The notes beneath the pieces were generated by a model. That model was given only the letters and a program-made list of their open reading frames with translations. It did not search any database and was not told where the DNA came from. From a virus (Duplodnaviria > Caudoviricetes): DNA of 64,000 nt. Within the stretch, counting starts at the first letter, position 1. Each line of letters begins with the position of its first letter. The stretch covers positions 8,042-72,041 of the IMG/VR virus record IMGVR_UViG_3300034082_002867. One strand, 5' to 3'. This document shows, one piece after another, positions 55,877-64,000 of this stretch. The translations under genes were made by a program, and so were the position numbers.

Positions 55877-56724
55877 AAATCAACCGAAGCGTTTTTACAA
55901 TTATCTTTAAACTTTTCTGTGCCATATTTTTCTATGTCATGAATACATCCTATCTGAGATTGTTTAGAAGTTAAAATTAACATTCCACAAATAATTGCTT
56001 CAGCAACTGATCTACAGAAAGGTTCTCTTAAATTTGGTTCATAATAAAGAGATTTGTATTTATTATAAACTTCGGGCATTTGTTCGTATTTAATAAGACC
56101 AAGATATTCAATGTTTGGAACATTAGTACTTAGAAAATTATAAGTTTGATAATCGCTCCACCCGGCGATAGCGTATTTCTTATCTGGATCTCTTAAAGCC
56201 AGTTCAAAGAAGTTGCTTGTTCCCTTCAATGGGTGCATATACCCAACATACAAAATCTTATCTTCGCGTTGCTGGTTATAATCATAAAACTTATCTGTTT
56301 CAATTGGATCTGGAACAATTTCCACGTTCTTGAAAATATCTCCGTACAATTGTTTAAAAAACCAAAAATGATAATCAGTTAAGAAAAACGTCTTTTTACA
56401 GAACGAAAATAGTTTCACTCTGTTTTCTTGGCTTAAATAATCGTTTGAATCGTGTTCAATTCTAACATGGTATTTGTGCTTGGTTATCTCATCTAAAACC
56501 CAAGGATGCTTTTGCAAGACAGCGCAAACGTTTGACGTAACCAGTACATCATAATCATGAATATTGATATGCTTTCCAAAAGTTTCATGGTTTGTTTTCA
56601 GAACGTTAAAACCAAGCAACTTACCTTGATCTATGATTATCTTATCGCTTCTTTGTGCGCCGCCTGGAGATCTATCTAAATCAAAGTCAGCTAACCATAA
56701 TATTTTTTGGTTGACATTTATCAT
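55861..56724 (-). CDS. GT4-like glycosyltransferase
   Basis: GGAQ, YVG..HPLKG, EPFCRSVAEA. Confidence 0.8.
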   Translation of the reverse strand: MINVNQKILWLADFDLDRSPGGAQRSDKIIIDQGKLLGFNVLKTNHETFGKHINIHDYDVLVTSNVCAVLQKHPWVLDEITKHKYHVRIEHDSNDYLSQENRVKLFSFCKKTFFLTDYHFWFFKQLYGDIFKNVEIVPDPIETDKFYDYNQQREDKILYVGYMHPLKGTSNFFELALRDPDKKYAIAGWSDYQTYNFLSTNVPNIEYLGLIKYEQMPEVYNKYKSLYYEPNLREPFCRSVAEAIICGMLILTSKQSQIGCIHDIEKYGTEKFKDNCKNASVDFWNKI

Positions 56725-56744
56725 TTAAAGAATATAGTAATCTT

Positions 56745-57050
56745 ATGATTAGGGCTTTAGGATTTCAAGACAATTTTTACTTGGTAATATGCGCTGATAT
56801 AGAGTGCATGGTTTTAGCGAATTCATTCGAAGAAGCCGCTACAAATGGTTTAAAAAACATATTAAACAAACTTGGGGTAAAAACCAATCTTTCTTTCTTG
56901 ATCAGCGTTGATTTAATAAATAATCATGAAATAGAAACGTCCATTTTTCAAACTTCGTCTATTTTAAATGACCTTGGCTATTTTAAATTGGCAAAAGATT
57001 TGGAATCTTTGAGAGATTTTTTCCTTGACAAAGGAGAAAATTCTCATTAA
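56745..57050 (+). CDS. hypothetical protein
   Basis: ORF track; first plus-strand gene after the strand switch. Confidence 0.5.
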   Translation: MIRALGFQDNFYLVICADIECMVLANSFEEAATNGLKNILNKLGVKTNLSFLISVDLINNHEIETSIFQTSSILNDLGYFKLAKDLESLRDFFLDKGENSH

Positions 57051-57136
57051 ACTCTGAAGCGAAGCGAAAGAGTTTAATTAATCTTAAGAAGATCTTACAT
57101 AAAATCTTAAATAATATCTTAATAAAAAGTTAGGTT

Positions 57137-57190
57137 AACCTAAAGAGCGAAACCTAAAGAGCGAAACCTAAAGAGCGAAACCTAAGAGAA
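57137..57190 (+). repeat. three perfect 14-bp direct repeats plus one degenerate copy
   Basis: AACCTAAAGAGCGA x3, then AACCTAAGAGAA. Confidence 0.9.
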
Positions 57191-57232
57191 ATGAACAAGA
57201 CTCATAAATTTATAATACGAAGAAGAAAAAAA

Positions 57233-57820
57233 ATGATTTCAAAAGAATTACCTTTAATATTTGGTATCGCTGGCGTAGCAAGATGCGGCAAAGACACGCT
57301 TGGAAAACACCTCATAAGCAAACTTAATAAATCTGGATTCCCAGCGATGAATATCTCTTTCGCTATGGAATTGAAAAGAGACCTAGACCCCTTCTTAAAA
57401 GAGAAGCTTAATGTTTCAGCTTTTACAGAAATTAATTCTGAAAAAGATCTTATTAGACCAATCCTTGTTTGTTGGGGAACCGATGTTTGCAGAAAAATTG
57501 ATTCTGATTATTGGATAAAGAAAGTCGAAAAGCAGATAAAATCTTCTATAAACAATAAGATCATAGTCGTTATCACAGACGTTCGATACGAAAACGAGTC
57601 TAAATGGATAAAAGAAAACGGCGGTTTCATGATTCATCTTAGCAGAATGGGTCAAAAACCTTCTAATTTTCAAGAAAGATTAAACGATCCGATTGTAAAA
57701 CGAAATTCAGACTATGCAATCAAGTGGAAAACGTTCACCGATGAAAAAGAAACTTGCAATTATCATCTAAGCAAGTTATTCTATCAGAAAGGATGGTCAA
57801 CATATGGAGACTTTAAGTGA
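57233..57820 (+). CDS. deoxynucleoside monophosphate kinase
   Basis: GIAGVARCGKDT, SFA..LK, RPIL, VITDVRYENE. Confidence 0.85.
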   Translation: MISKELPLIFGIAGVARCGKDTLGKHLISKLNKSGFPAMNISFAMELKRDLDPFLKEKLNVSAFTEINSEKDLIRPILVCWGTDVCRKIDSDYWIKKVEKQIKSSINNKIIVVITDVRYENESKWIKENGGFMIHLSRMGQKPSNFQERLNDPIVKRNSDYAIKWKTFTDEKETCNYHLSKLFYQKGWSTYGDFK

Positions 57821-58409
57821 TTTAGATTTAATCAACAGCATTAAAAACAAGAATAAAATAAATGAATGTCTACAAGAACTTATAGACAGGCATTCGGGAA
57901 TTTACTTGGACATAGTAAATTCTTTTCTCAAGAACTGTAACAACGATTCATTGAGGCATGAAATAATAAACGACAAAGAATATGCGATTTATAATTCCGT
58001 TCTCAAGTACGACGAGAATCGCGGCACTAAGTTTTCTACATTTCTCGGAAATGAAGCTAAATGGATATGTCTAAACGCTTCCAATAAGAATAAAAAATAT
58101 GTAGAATTAAACGACAACACTTACGATTTTGAATGCATAAAAGATGAGTACGAACAAACTTCTATAAACCTTCAAGATCAAATATTGAAAGATTTCAACG
58201 AACACATATCTAAACATCCAGACAAGCGAATACAAAAAATCTTTTCAATGCGTTATTCTGGCAACAAAAAACTTATTCCTTGGAGGAAGATAAGTAAAAC
58301 AATGAATTTAAGCATTCAAGGATGCATAAATATACACAACGCAGCTTTAAATTCCATTTCTAAAAACATAAGATCCAAATATGAAATTATTAGTCAACGC
58401 TCCAATTAA
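57804..58409 (+). CDS. sigma70-family RNA polymerase sigma factor (regions 2 and 4)
   Basis: VLKYDENRGTKFSTFL; C-terminal HTH PWRKISKTMNLSIQGC. Confidence 0.82.
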   Translation: METLSDLDLINSIKNKNKINECLQELIDRHSGIYLDIVNSFLKNCNNDSLRHEIINDKEYAIYNSVLKYDENRGTKFSTFLGNEAKWICLNASNKNKKYVELNDNTYDFECIKDEYEQTSINLQDQILKDFNEHISKHPDKRIQKIFSMRYSGNKKLIPWRKISKTMNLSIQGCINIHNAALNSISKNIRSKYEIISQRSN

Positions 58410-59469
58410 CGCACTATCTTTTGGCAACGTATCTGTAAACATTCTTAGAGAATTGTTTAAGAAAAATATTGATTTAATATTTTTTCCTATTGGCGATAAA
58501 GCCGAAATGGAAGCTTATGATAAGATCGAACCTGATTTTGTAAAATATTTACAAGCAGCCACAAACGATAGGTACAGTAAAATTTCAAAAGATATTCCTT
58601 CTTTAAAATTGTGGCATATTTTTGGCAGCGAAACTAGATATTCAAAGAATCAATCTTTGTTTACTTTTCACGAAGTGTCCGAAGTTACAAATATAGAAAA
58701 AAATCTTTTAAGTTTGCAAGACAGAATATTTGCAAGTTCTAATTATACCAAAAACATTTTCAATCTTAACGGATTAGACAATGTAACTCATGTGCCACTA
58801 GGTTTTGACAACGACTTTCAAATAACCAATAAAACTTATTTACAAGATAAAATTCATTTCGGAATTCTAGGGAAGTTTGAAAATAGAAAAAATACCGCTC
58901 GCATCATCAAGTCTTGGCTTAAGCTTTTTGGTAATAAGCCAGAATACCAACTTAGCTGCGCGATCACCAATCCTTTCCTCGATAAAGCCAGATTCCAAAA
59001 CGAACTATTAAAAGTTTTAGAAGGAAAACAATACAATAATTTAAACTTCATCCCATATATGCAAACCAACAGCGAAGTTAACGATTACTTAAATAGTATT
59101 GATATTGATCTTGGGGGACTGAGCGGAGCGGAAGGGTGGAATCTTCCATCGTTCAACGCAACCGCACTTGGCAAATGGAGTGTCGTTATAAACGCAACAG
59201 CGCATAAAGACTGGGCGACCAAGGATAATAGCATCCTAATAGAACCTTCTTCTCTAAAGGATTGTTATGATGATGTCTTCTTTAAGAAAGGGCAGTCCTT
59301 TAATCAAGGACAATTCTTTGATATTTCTGATCAAGAAATGGATAATGCTATTCTAAAGTCTTTATCTTATGCAAAAACACCAAATCCAGAAGGATTAAAA
59401 CTTCAAAAACAATTTACTTACGAAAAAACAGTTGAGACAATACTGTGTGCCATAAGTAGCCAGATGTGA
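58381..59469 (+). CDS. GT4-like glycosyltransferase
   Basis: SFGNVS, GKFENRKN, GAEGWNLP. Confidence 0.8.
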   Translation: MKLLVNAPINALSFGNVSVNILRELFKKNIDLIFFPIGDKAEMEAYDKIEPDFVKYLQAATNDRYSKISKDIPSLKLWHIFGSETRYSKNQSLFTFHEVSEVTNIEKNLLSLQDRIFASSNYTKNIFNLNGLDNVTHVPLGFDNDFQITNKTYLQDKIHFGILGKFENRKNTARIIKSWLKLFGNKPEYQLSCAITNPFLDKARFQNELLKVLEGKQYNNLNFIPYMQTNSEVNDYLNSIDIDLGGLSGAEGWNLPSFNATALGKWSVVINATAHKDWATKDNSILIEPSSLKDCYDDVFFKKGQSFNQGQFFDISDQEMDNAILKSLSYAKTPNPEGLKLQKQFTYEKTVETILCAISSQM

Positions 59470-59530
59470 CGCGTTATGTGTCATAAACGCTCTAAAGCGT
59501 CTTTAATGGCGCTTTAAACGCCACAAAAAG

Positions 59531-59547
59531 TTGGCACGATTCTTGCT
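59531..59547 (+). promoter_or_regulatory. sigma54 (-24/-12) promoter
   Basis: TTGGCACGATTCTTGCT matches TGGCAC-N5-TTGC. Confidence 0.75.
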
Positions 59548-59562
59548 ACAGCATAAATAACT

Positions 59563-59841
59563 ATGTATAATAAACTAGTATATAAATATCAAGTAACAGA
59601 AGACGGTTTAACATTCAACGTCGAACTCGCTGGAAAATCTAAAGAAGATGTAAAAATCTTTAAGGAAGATTATTCTATAGCAATCAACGTTAATGATAAC
59701 AAGTATAGAATTAGCTATGAAGATTATCTTCTAAGATCAAAATATGATTTTGATAATCCGAAAGCGAAAATGAAAAACGGCCTTTTAACCATTGTTGTTC
59801 CACAAATTAAAAAAGTAGAAAAACAAATAGAAATAGAATAA
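59563..59841 (+). CDS. Hsp20 small heat-shock protein
   Basis: VELAGKSKEDVKI, AKMKNGLLTIVVP, C-terminal IEI. Confidence 0.85.
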   Translation: MYNKLVYKYQVTEDGLTFNVELAGKSKEDVKIFKEDYSIAINVNDNKYRISYEDYLLRSKYDFDNPKAKMKNGLLTIVVPQIKKVEKQIEIE

Positions 59842-59847
59842 ACAAAC

Positions 59848-59879
59848 AAAGCGCGGCGAAAGTCGCGCTTTAATTTTTT
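59848..59879 (+). terminator. intrinsic terminator
   Basis: aaagcgcggc-gaaa-gtcgcgcttt followed by a T tract. Confidence 0.8.
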
Positions 59880-59899
59880 CTACATATCATATAATAGAT

Positions 59900-60292
59900 A
59901 TGGTTTATCAATTCAAAAATAAAAAGACTGGCAAAATCGTAGATATAGTTATGTCTATGAAAGATTATAAGCCATATCGCGGTGAAAGCGGTAATGACAA
60001 TTTCTGGGAACGTATTTACGATGTACCGCAAGTAAATTTAGGAGACGCTAAAATTGTCGATCCATTTGATAATAAAGCATTTGTAAATAAAACAGGAAAT
60101 ATGTCAGGAAAATACGGCGATCTTCTTGATTACTCTTCAGAACTTTCTGATAGAAGAGCGGCTTTGGCTGGCGGCGAAGATCCATTAAAGCGCAAATATT
60201 TTAATGATTATAAAAAGAAAACAAATGGAAAAAAGCATTTAAAAGACACGCCCAAAAAGATAGAAACAAAAAACGCAACAATTGAATTTTAA
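59900..60292 (+). CDS. FmdB-like phage protein without the zinc-binding Cys residues
   Basis: MVYQFKNKKTGKIVDIVMSM. Confidence 0.45.
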   Translation: MVYQFKNKKTGKIVDIVMSMKDYKPYRGESGNDNFWERIYDVPQVNLGDAKIVDPFDNKAFVNKTGNMSGKYGDLLDYSSELSDRRAALAGGEDPLKRKYFNDYKKKTNGKKHLKDTPKKIETKNATIEF

Positions 60293-61392
60293 ATTAACCT
60301 TGCCGCACCACTTATTCTCATTCCATCTGCTTCAAAGATCTTAAATGAAAAACTAGATTGAAAATTCATATTATCTCCTATTGATAAATCAAAAGATTGA
60401 TTGTCTATTCTTGCATTTAAAATTTCCACCCTTAAACCAGTTGCGCCATCATAGTTTTTTAAATTAAAAGTTAAATCGTAAGCGGTATCGTTATTAAAAA
60501 TATTACTAAAATCACCTGTTACTGGTTCATCAAAAGTTCCATTAAAATTTACTGTACCAATTAATGGATACATGATTCTTTTGTCGTATGGATAATTACT
60601 GCCAAAACCTAATAAATCTTTTCTTTCAATTGGAACGCTAATCTCTAAAGAAGATATTGTAGCTGGCACATCTCCAGAATACCTGACACCACCCATAAAC
60701 GTTTGCGGTAATTGCAGAACTATATCTCCAGGTCTAATAGCATACGGTCTATTAGCTTGATTTGATAGGTAATTTAATGAAGACATGTTGGCTCCGGTAA
60801 GCAAATATTTTTCTGTTGATTTTATTCCATTTGTTAAATTGATTGCCGGAACCTCACTTCCGTTCGCTCCAGTTCCATTATAAGTTTGAAACGTCATGTT
60901 TAAGCAAGAGAAAGAAGTAGAAACAGTTGGAACAGATCCAACTTCAGCAGATATAGAATAGTTAGTTAAAAAAGTATTACCTACTGCAAAAACATCATTG
61001 CCAACCATATTAGTTAAACTGTCGGCATCTTGAGCGTTAGTATCTGTTAATATAAAGAACAAATTCTTATCTTGACCAGAAACAGCCATGTTCTTTAAGA
61101 ACGATTCATTACCAGTAGCGTTCAATCCTAAAATTAACTCATTAGAGTTGTCAGAAACAAGGTATTTTAAATCTACAGATATTTCTGGAATAGTTATGTA
61201 TTTTTCAAATGCAAAATCAGAACTGCCGATTTGTTTTGGACGAGTAATTGGATTAGATACAGATATGCTGCTTGATTGAACTCTTTTTAATAATTTTAAA
61301 GATGCAATACCTGTTTGCCCAGTCCATGACGGCGAATCAGAAACTAAAACATCTGTTCCAGCATATATAACTCTGTTTCTAGTAATTGGCAT
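60289..61392 (-). CDS. putative tail tube/major tail protein
   Basis: RVQSSSIS..RPKQIG, ISVDLKY, IERKDLLGFG; beta-rich; preceded by the GTGTAA motif. Confidence 0.5.
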   Translation of the reverse strand: MPITRNRVIYAGTDVLVSDSPSWTGQTGIASLKLLKRVQSSSISVSNPITRPKQIGSSDFAFEKYITIPEISVDLKYLVSDNSNELILGLNATGNESFLKNMAVSGQDKNLFFILTDTNAQDADSLTNMVGNDVFAVGNTFLTNYSISAEVGSVPTVSTSFSCLNMTFQTYNGTGANGSEVPAINLTNGIKSTEKYLLTGANMSSLNYLSNQANRPYAIRPGDIVLQLPQTFMGGVRYSGDVPATISSLEISVPIERKDLLGFGSNYPYDKRIMYPLIGTVNFNGTFDEPVTGDFSNIFNNDTAYDLTFNLKNYDGATGLRVEILNARIDNQSFDLSIGDNMNFQSSFSFKIFEADGMRISGAARLI

Positions 61393-61412
61393 ATAAAATA
61401 TTACACAGTTAA

Positions 61413-61991
61413 TTAAAAAATAAATTCTTTCCCATGAAGATCTTTATATTTTTTAAAAAAATTTATTTTATTTTGTTCAAAAATTTCTTTACAATATTGA
61501 TATCTTAAAATTAAAGGCGGATCTTCTGGCGGCAAATCTAAAGCCAATAAACTATCTAAATTTTGTTTTTCAATATCTTTACATTCATTATGAACAAAAT
61601 CAAAATCATCCCAACCATAACAAGAAAACGATTCATCTAAACAATGATTCATGTATATTTTTTTTGACATTATCCAATGAGAACACCCTTCTGGAATACC
61701 GGCCACATCTATTTTCTTTCCTAAATATAATATATTTTCATTTAAAGTTTTGAAGTCTGGCAGTTTTTGAATACTTGCGTCTATTCCAGACAACAAAACA
61801 AGCCAGTCAGGTTTAGTTATTCTCGCCGCTTTAATACATTTATTTTTCAATGCTGCTATGTTAAAATCAAAAGGAAAATTTTCACATAAATCAGAAGCCA
61901 CAAAATAATTGAAATTCCCTATAACTCTTGGAAAAAAATTATATCTATGACTAGCTTGAGGAGTCATGAAAGAAGATATAAGGACTTTCAT
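61413..61991 (-). CDS. GT2-like hypothetical protein
   Basis: LDESFSCYGWDDFDF. Confidence 0.5.
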   Translation of the reverse strand: MKVLISSFMTPQASHRYNFFPRVIGNFNYFVASDLCENFPFDFNIAALKNKCIKAARITKPDWLVLLSGIDASIQKLPDFKTLNENILYLGKKIDVAGIPEGCSHWIMSKKIYMNHCLDESFSCYGWDDFDFVHNECKDIEKQNLDSLLALDLPPEDPPLILRYQYCKEIFEQNKINFFKKYKDLHGKEFIF

Positions 61992-63034
61992 AATAAATTT
62001 AATTGATTTATCAAATTTGTTTTGTAATTTTCAATAGAAAATTTTGGAACAACGCTGTTGGAATAGTTTTTCCAGTTATGTCTTATAGAATCTTTATTTT
62101 CATAACATAATCTCATTTGATCAATTAAAGATTGTTCTTTTATTTCTGCCCAATAACCCCCATTTTTACCCCACCCTTCACACGCTAACTCTTCAGAGAA
62201 ATCTACAAAAAACGAATTATCATTATTGCAAAAATCTTTGACTCCTCCATAATTCGGAGTTATTACTGGCCTACCAATAGCTAAACTTTCTATTTGAAAA
62301 AATCCCCAACCTTCAGCTTTTGCGCTAGTTACAAAAACGTCTGATTGACTTAAATAATCACTAACTTCAACATCAGTCAAATAATTATAATTAAAAGAAA
62401 TTCTATCGTCTAAAATATTAGAAAGCTTTGGTTTATCGCAGTTAGATATTTTAAACTTTAATTCAACGTCTTTGATTCCTTTAAAAGCTTTTCGAAACGC
62501 ATTTAAAATTATATCAAAGTTTTTTCTTTTACTATTTCCAGTGGAAGTTGCGCTGCAAGCTCCAGCGGTAAAAGTAAACTTGTCTAAATTTATTTTTTCT
62601 TTGTATTTAAAAGTTACATCATCGACAAACAACGGTAAGTATTGAACATTTTTAACTCCGCTTACGTTAAACGTTTCTTCTGTCCACATAGAAGGAACAA
62701 ATACTTTTCCAGCAAATAAATTTAATTCTTCGACTGCAAAACGAGGCAGCAAAGTTGATTCCCACATAGTTAAAAAAGAAATATTATCTTTATCTGGCAA
62801 AACGTTAGCTAACGATGAATATCTATCTAAAGTTAATGGAGAAATTATTATTTCAGGATGTTTAAAGTTGCTTTTATTTATTTTTCCATATTTATAATCA
62901 GAATCTAAAGAAACTCCATCTAAAGGAACTAAAATTAAATCAAAATTATCAACAAGAATTGATAATGTTTTATGTATTAATTTCTTATATCCTGATATAG
63001 AATTAGATGGTACTCTACAAATTAAAGGCTTCAT
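61988..63034 (-). CDS. GT4-like glycosyltransferase
   Basis: TMWES, VPSMW, RKN, KAEGWGFFQIES. Confidence 0.82.
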   Translation of the reverse strand: MKPLICRVPSNSISGYKKLIHKTLSILVDNFDLILVPLDGVSLDSDYKYGKINKSNFKHPEIIISPLTLDRYSSLANVLPDKDNISFLTMWESTLLPRFAVEELNLFAGKVFVPSMWTEETFNVSGVKNVQYLPLFVDDVTFKYKEKINLDKFTFTAGACSATSTGNSKRKNFDIILNAFRKAFKGIKDVELKFKISNCDKPKLSNILDDRISFNYNYLTDVEVSDYLSQSDVFVTSAKAEGWGFFQIESLAIGRPVITPNYGGVKDFCNNDNSFFVDFSEELACEGWGKNGGYWAEIKEQSLIDQMRLCYENKDSIRHNWKNYSNSVVPKFSIENYKTNLINQLNLL

Positions 63035-63291
63035 TATTCTGGTATAAATTGAAAACCAACTTTGCTAGTTTTTTGCTGCTGTAATCTATTAAGAATTTCT
63101 TCTATTTTTATCTTAACATTATCATAAGCTAATTGACAAATTTCAGTTGGAGTTTTCCCTGACGTTTGCGACAACAATAAAGGAGATTCAATATAAAAAG
63201 AAGAATTAGATTCATCTTTTATATTAAATGCTACTAAAAAAGTATCAGCACTTATTAATTCGTATCTTGCTATTGTATATATAATATTCAT
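63034..63291 (-). CDS. hypothetical protein
   Basis: ORF track. Confidence 0.5.
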   Translation of the reverse strand: MNIIYTIARYELISADTFLVAFNIKDESNSSFYIESPLLLSQTSGKTPTEICQLAYDNVKIKIEEILNRLQQQKTSKVGFQFIPE

Positions 63292-63293
63292 TT

Positions 63294-63998
63294 TTAACCT
63301 GTATAGAAAGGCATTGTATAAGTAGTTCCATCAATATCTATGGGCAACCAACCTGCAAGAGTTTTACCCGCAGAACTATTAGTTATAGTGGCATTAGCGT
63401 TTACAATTTTAATTGCTGGTCTACCTGTAGTACTGACGCTATTTATAGTGAAAGTTCTACTTGCTGTATGAGAACCGTTCAAACCAAATTCACGATTCGT
63501 GCTGTTACGTGAAACAGTCATGGCGGTTGTCGCATTAACAGCGTCATATAATAAAAGATCATCTGTAGCTGCATACCAACCCCATCTATCGGCAGAAGTT
63601 GCTCTAGATCTAATAAACAATCCGCCTACAGCGCTAGAACTTATAACAGCTCTATCAATTATAAAATACGTACCATCATCTGTAGCGCCACTATTTCCAA
63701 TGGTTGAAGCTGATGTAAATTTAACTATTGTATTATTTGTACCAGAAACAGCTACGCTTGTTCCAGAAGATCCACTTGTTCCGTTGATACCAGAAGATCC
63801 ACTTGTTCCGTTGATACCAGAAGATCCACTTGTTCCGTTAATACCAGAAGATCCACTTGTTCCGTTAATACCAGAAGATCCACTTGTTCCGTTGATACCA
63901 GAAGATCCACTTGTTCCGTTAATACCAGAAGATCCACTTGTTCCGTTGATTCCGCTGGTTCCTGAAGATCCACTAGTTCCGTTGATTCCGCTGGTTCC
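63294..63998 (-). CDS. collagen-like Ser/Thr-rich fibre protein, 5-prime end beyond the window
   Basis: Frame is open from the window edge: (GTSGSSGIN)n, then VAVSGTNNTIVKF...LPIDIDGTTYTMPFYTG. Confidence 0.8.
   Translation of the reverse strand, partial: GTSGINGTSGSSGTSGINGTSGSSGINGTSGSSGINGTSGSSGINGTSGSSGINGTSGSSGINGTSGSSGINGTSGSSGTSVAVSGTNNTIVKFTSASTIGNSGATDDGTYFIIDRAVISSSAVGGLFIRSRATSADRWGWYAATDDLLLYDAVNATTAMTVSRNSTNREFGLNGSHTASRTFTINSVSTTGRPAIKIVNANATITNSSAGKTLAGWLPIDIDGTTYTMPFYTG
63763..63951. repeat. seven tandem 27-bp coding repeats
   Basis: ccagaagatccacttgttccgttrata x7, encoding Gly-X-Y triplets. Confidence 0.9.
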
Positions 63999-64000
63999 TG

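Noticed and set aside
47095-56724. DNA hypermodification pathway
   Set aside because: I saw no hydroxymethylase, modified-base kinase or 7-deazaguanine genes, and the dut/thyX/dCMP deaminase set points to ordinary dTTP synthesis. Not excluded for the rest of the genome.
57137-57190. Mini-CRISPR
   Set aside because: The 14-bp units abut with no spacers, and there is no cas operon. The PD-(D/E)XK nuclease sits in the replication block.
63763-63951. CRISPR-like periodicity
   Set aside because: The repeats are head-to-tail with no unique spacers and encode protein.
63752-63973. Track ORF MDLQEPAESTEQVDLLV... with repeats
   Set aside because: It is an alternate-frame shadow of the 27-bp coding repeat. 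The Gly-X-Y frame continues in frame into 63294..63620.
1-64000. Bacterial chromosome segment or integrated prophage
   Set aside because: There are no ribosomal or core housekeeping operons and no integrase or att site. rIIA/B, phage-type small ORFs and structural genes are interspersed throughout.

Overview
The whole 64 kb looks like part of one large, AT-rich, lytic dsDNA tailed phage genome. Genes are dense and nearly all on the minus strand, with a plus-strand block at 56.7-60.3 kb. I found no integrase, rRNA or CRISPR array. From left to right: (1) about 1-17 kb, small accessory genes plus thyX, a GIY-YIG endonuclease, a C5 methyltransferase, rIIA/rIIB, uvsE, dCMP deaminase and an HNH protein; (2) 16.8-22.7 kb, envelope and late genes: an outer-membrane beta-barrel, an ankyrin-repeat/class III nucleotidyl cyclase fusion, an MscS-like fragment and a spanin-like lipoprotein; (3) tRNAs, dut and glycosyltransferases; (4) a tubulin/FtsZ-family GTPase and a ClpC-like ATPase; (5) a replication block with DnaE split into PHP, exonuclease and core genes, plus primase, DnaB and RecA; (6) class II RNR and a 10 kb nucleotide-sugar/glycosyltransferase island; (7) a candidate origin, dNMP kinase, a sigma factor and Hsp20; (8) a putative tail tube and a Ser/Thr-rich collagen-like fibre gene cut by the window edge. 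Signals missing from the ORF track: a GTGTAA-N8-start motif before nine genes, a tRNA-Gly(UCC) with non-canonical D and T loops, a tRNA-Ser with anticodon ACU, and a consensus sigma54 promoter before hsp20. Several host-like genes suggest a Verrucomicrobia/PVC-type host (inference). All family calls come from reading motifs by eye; no database searches were run.
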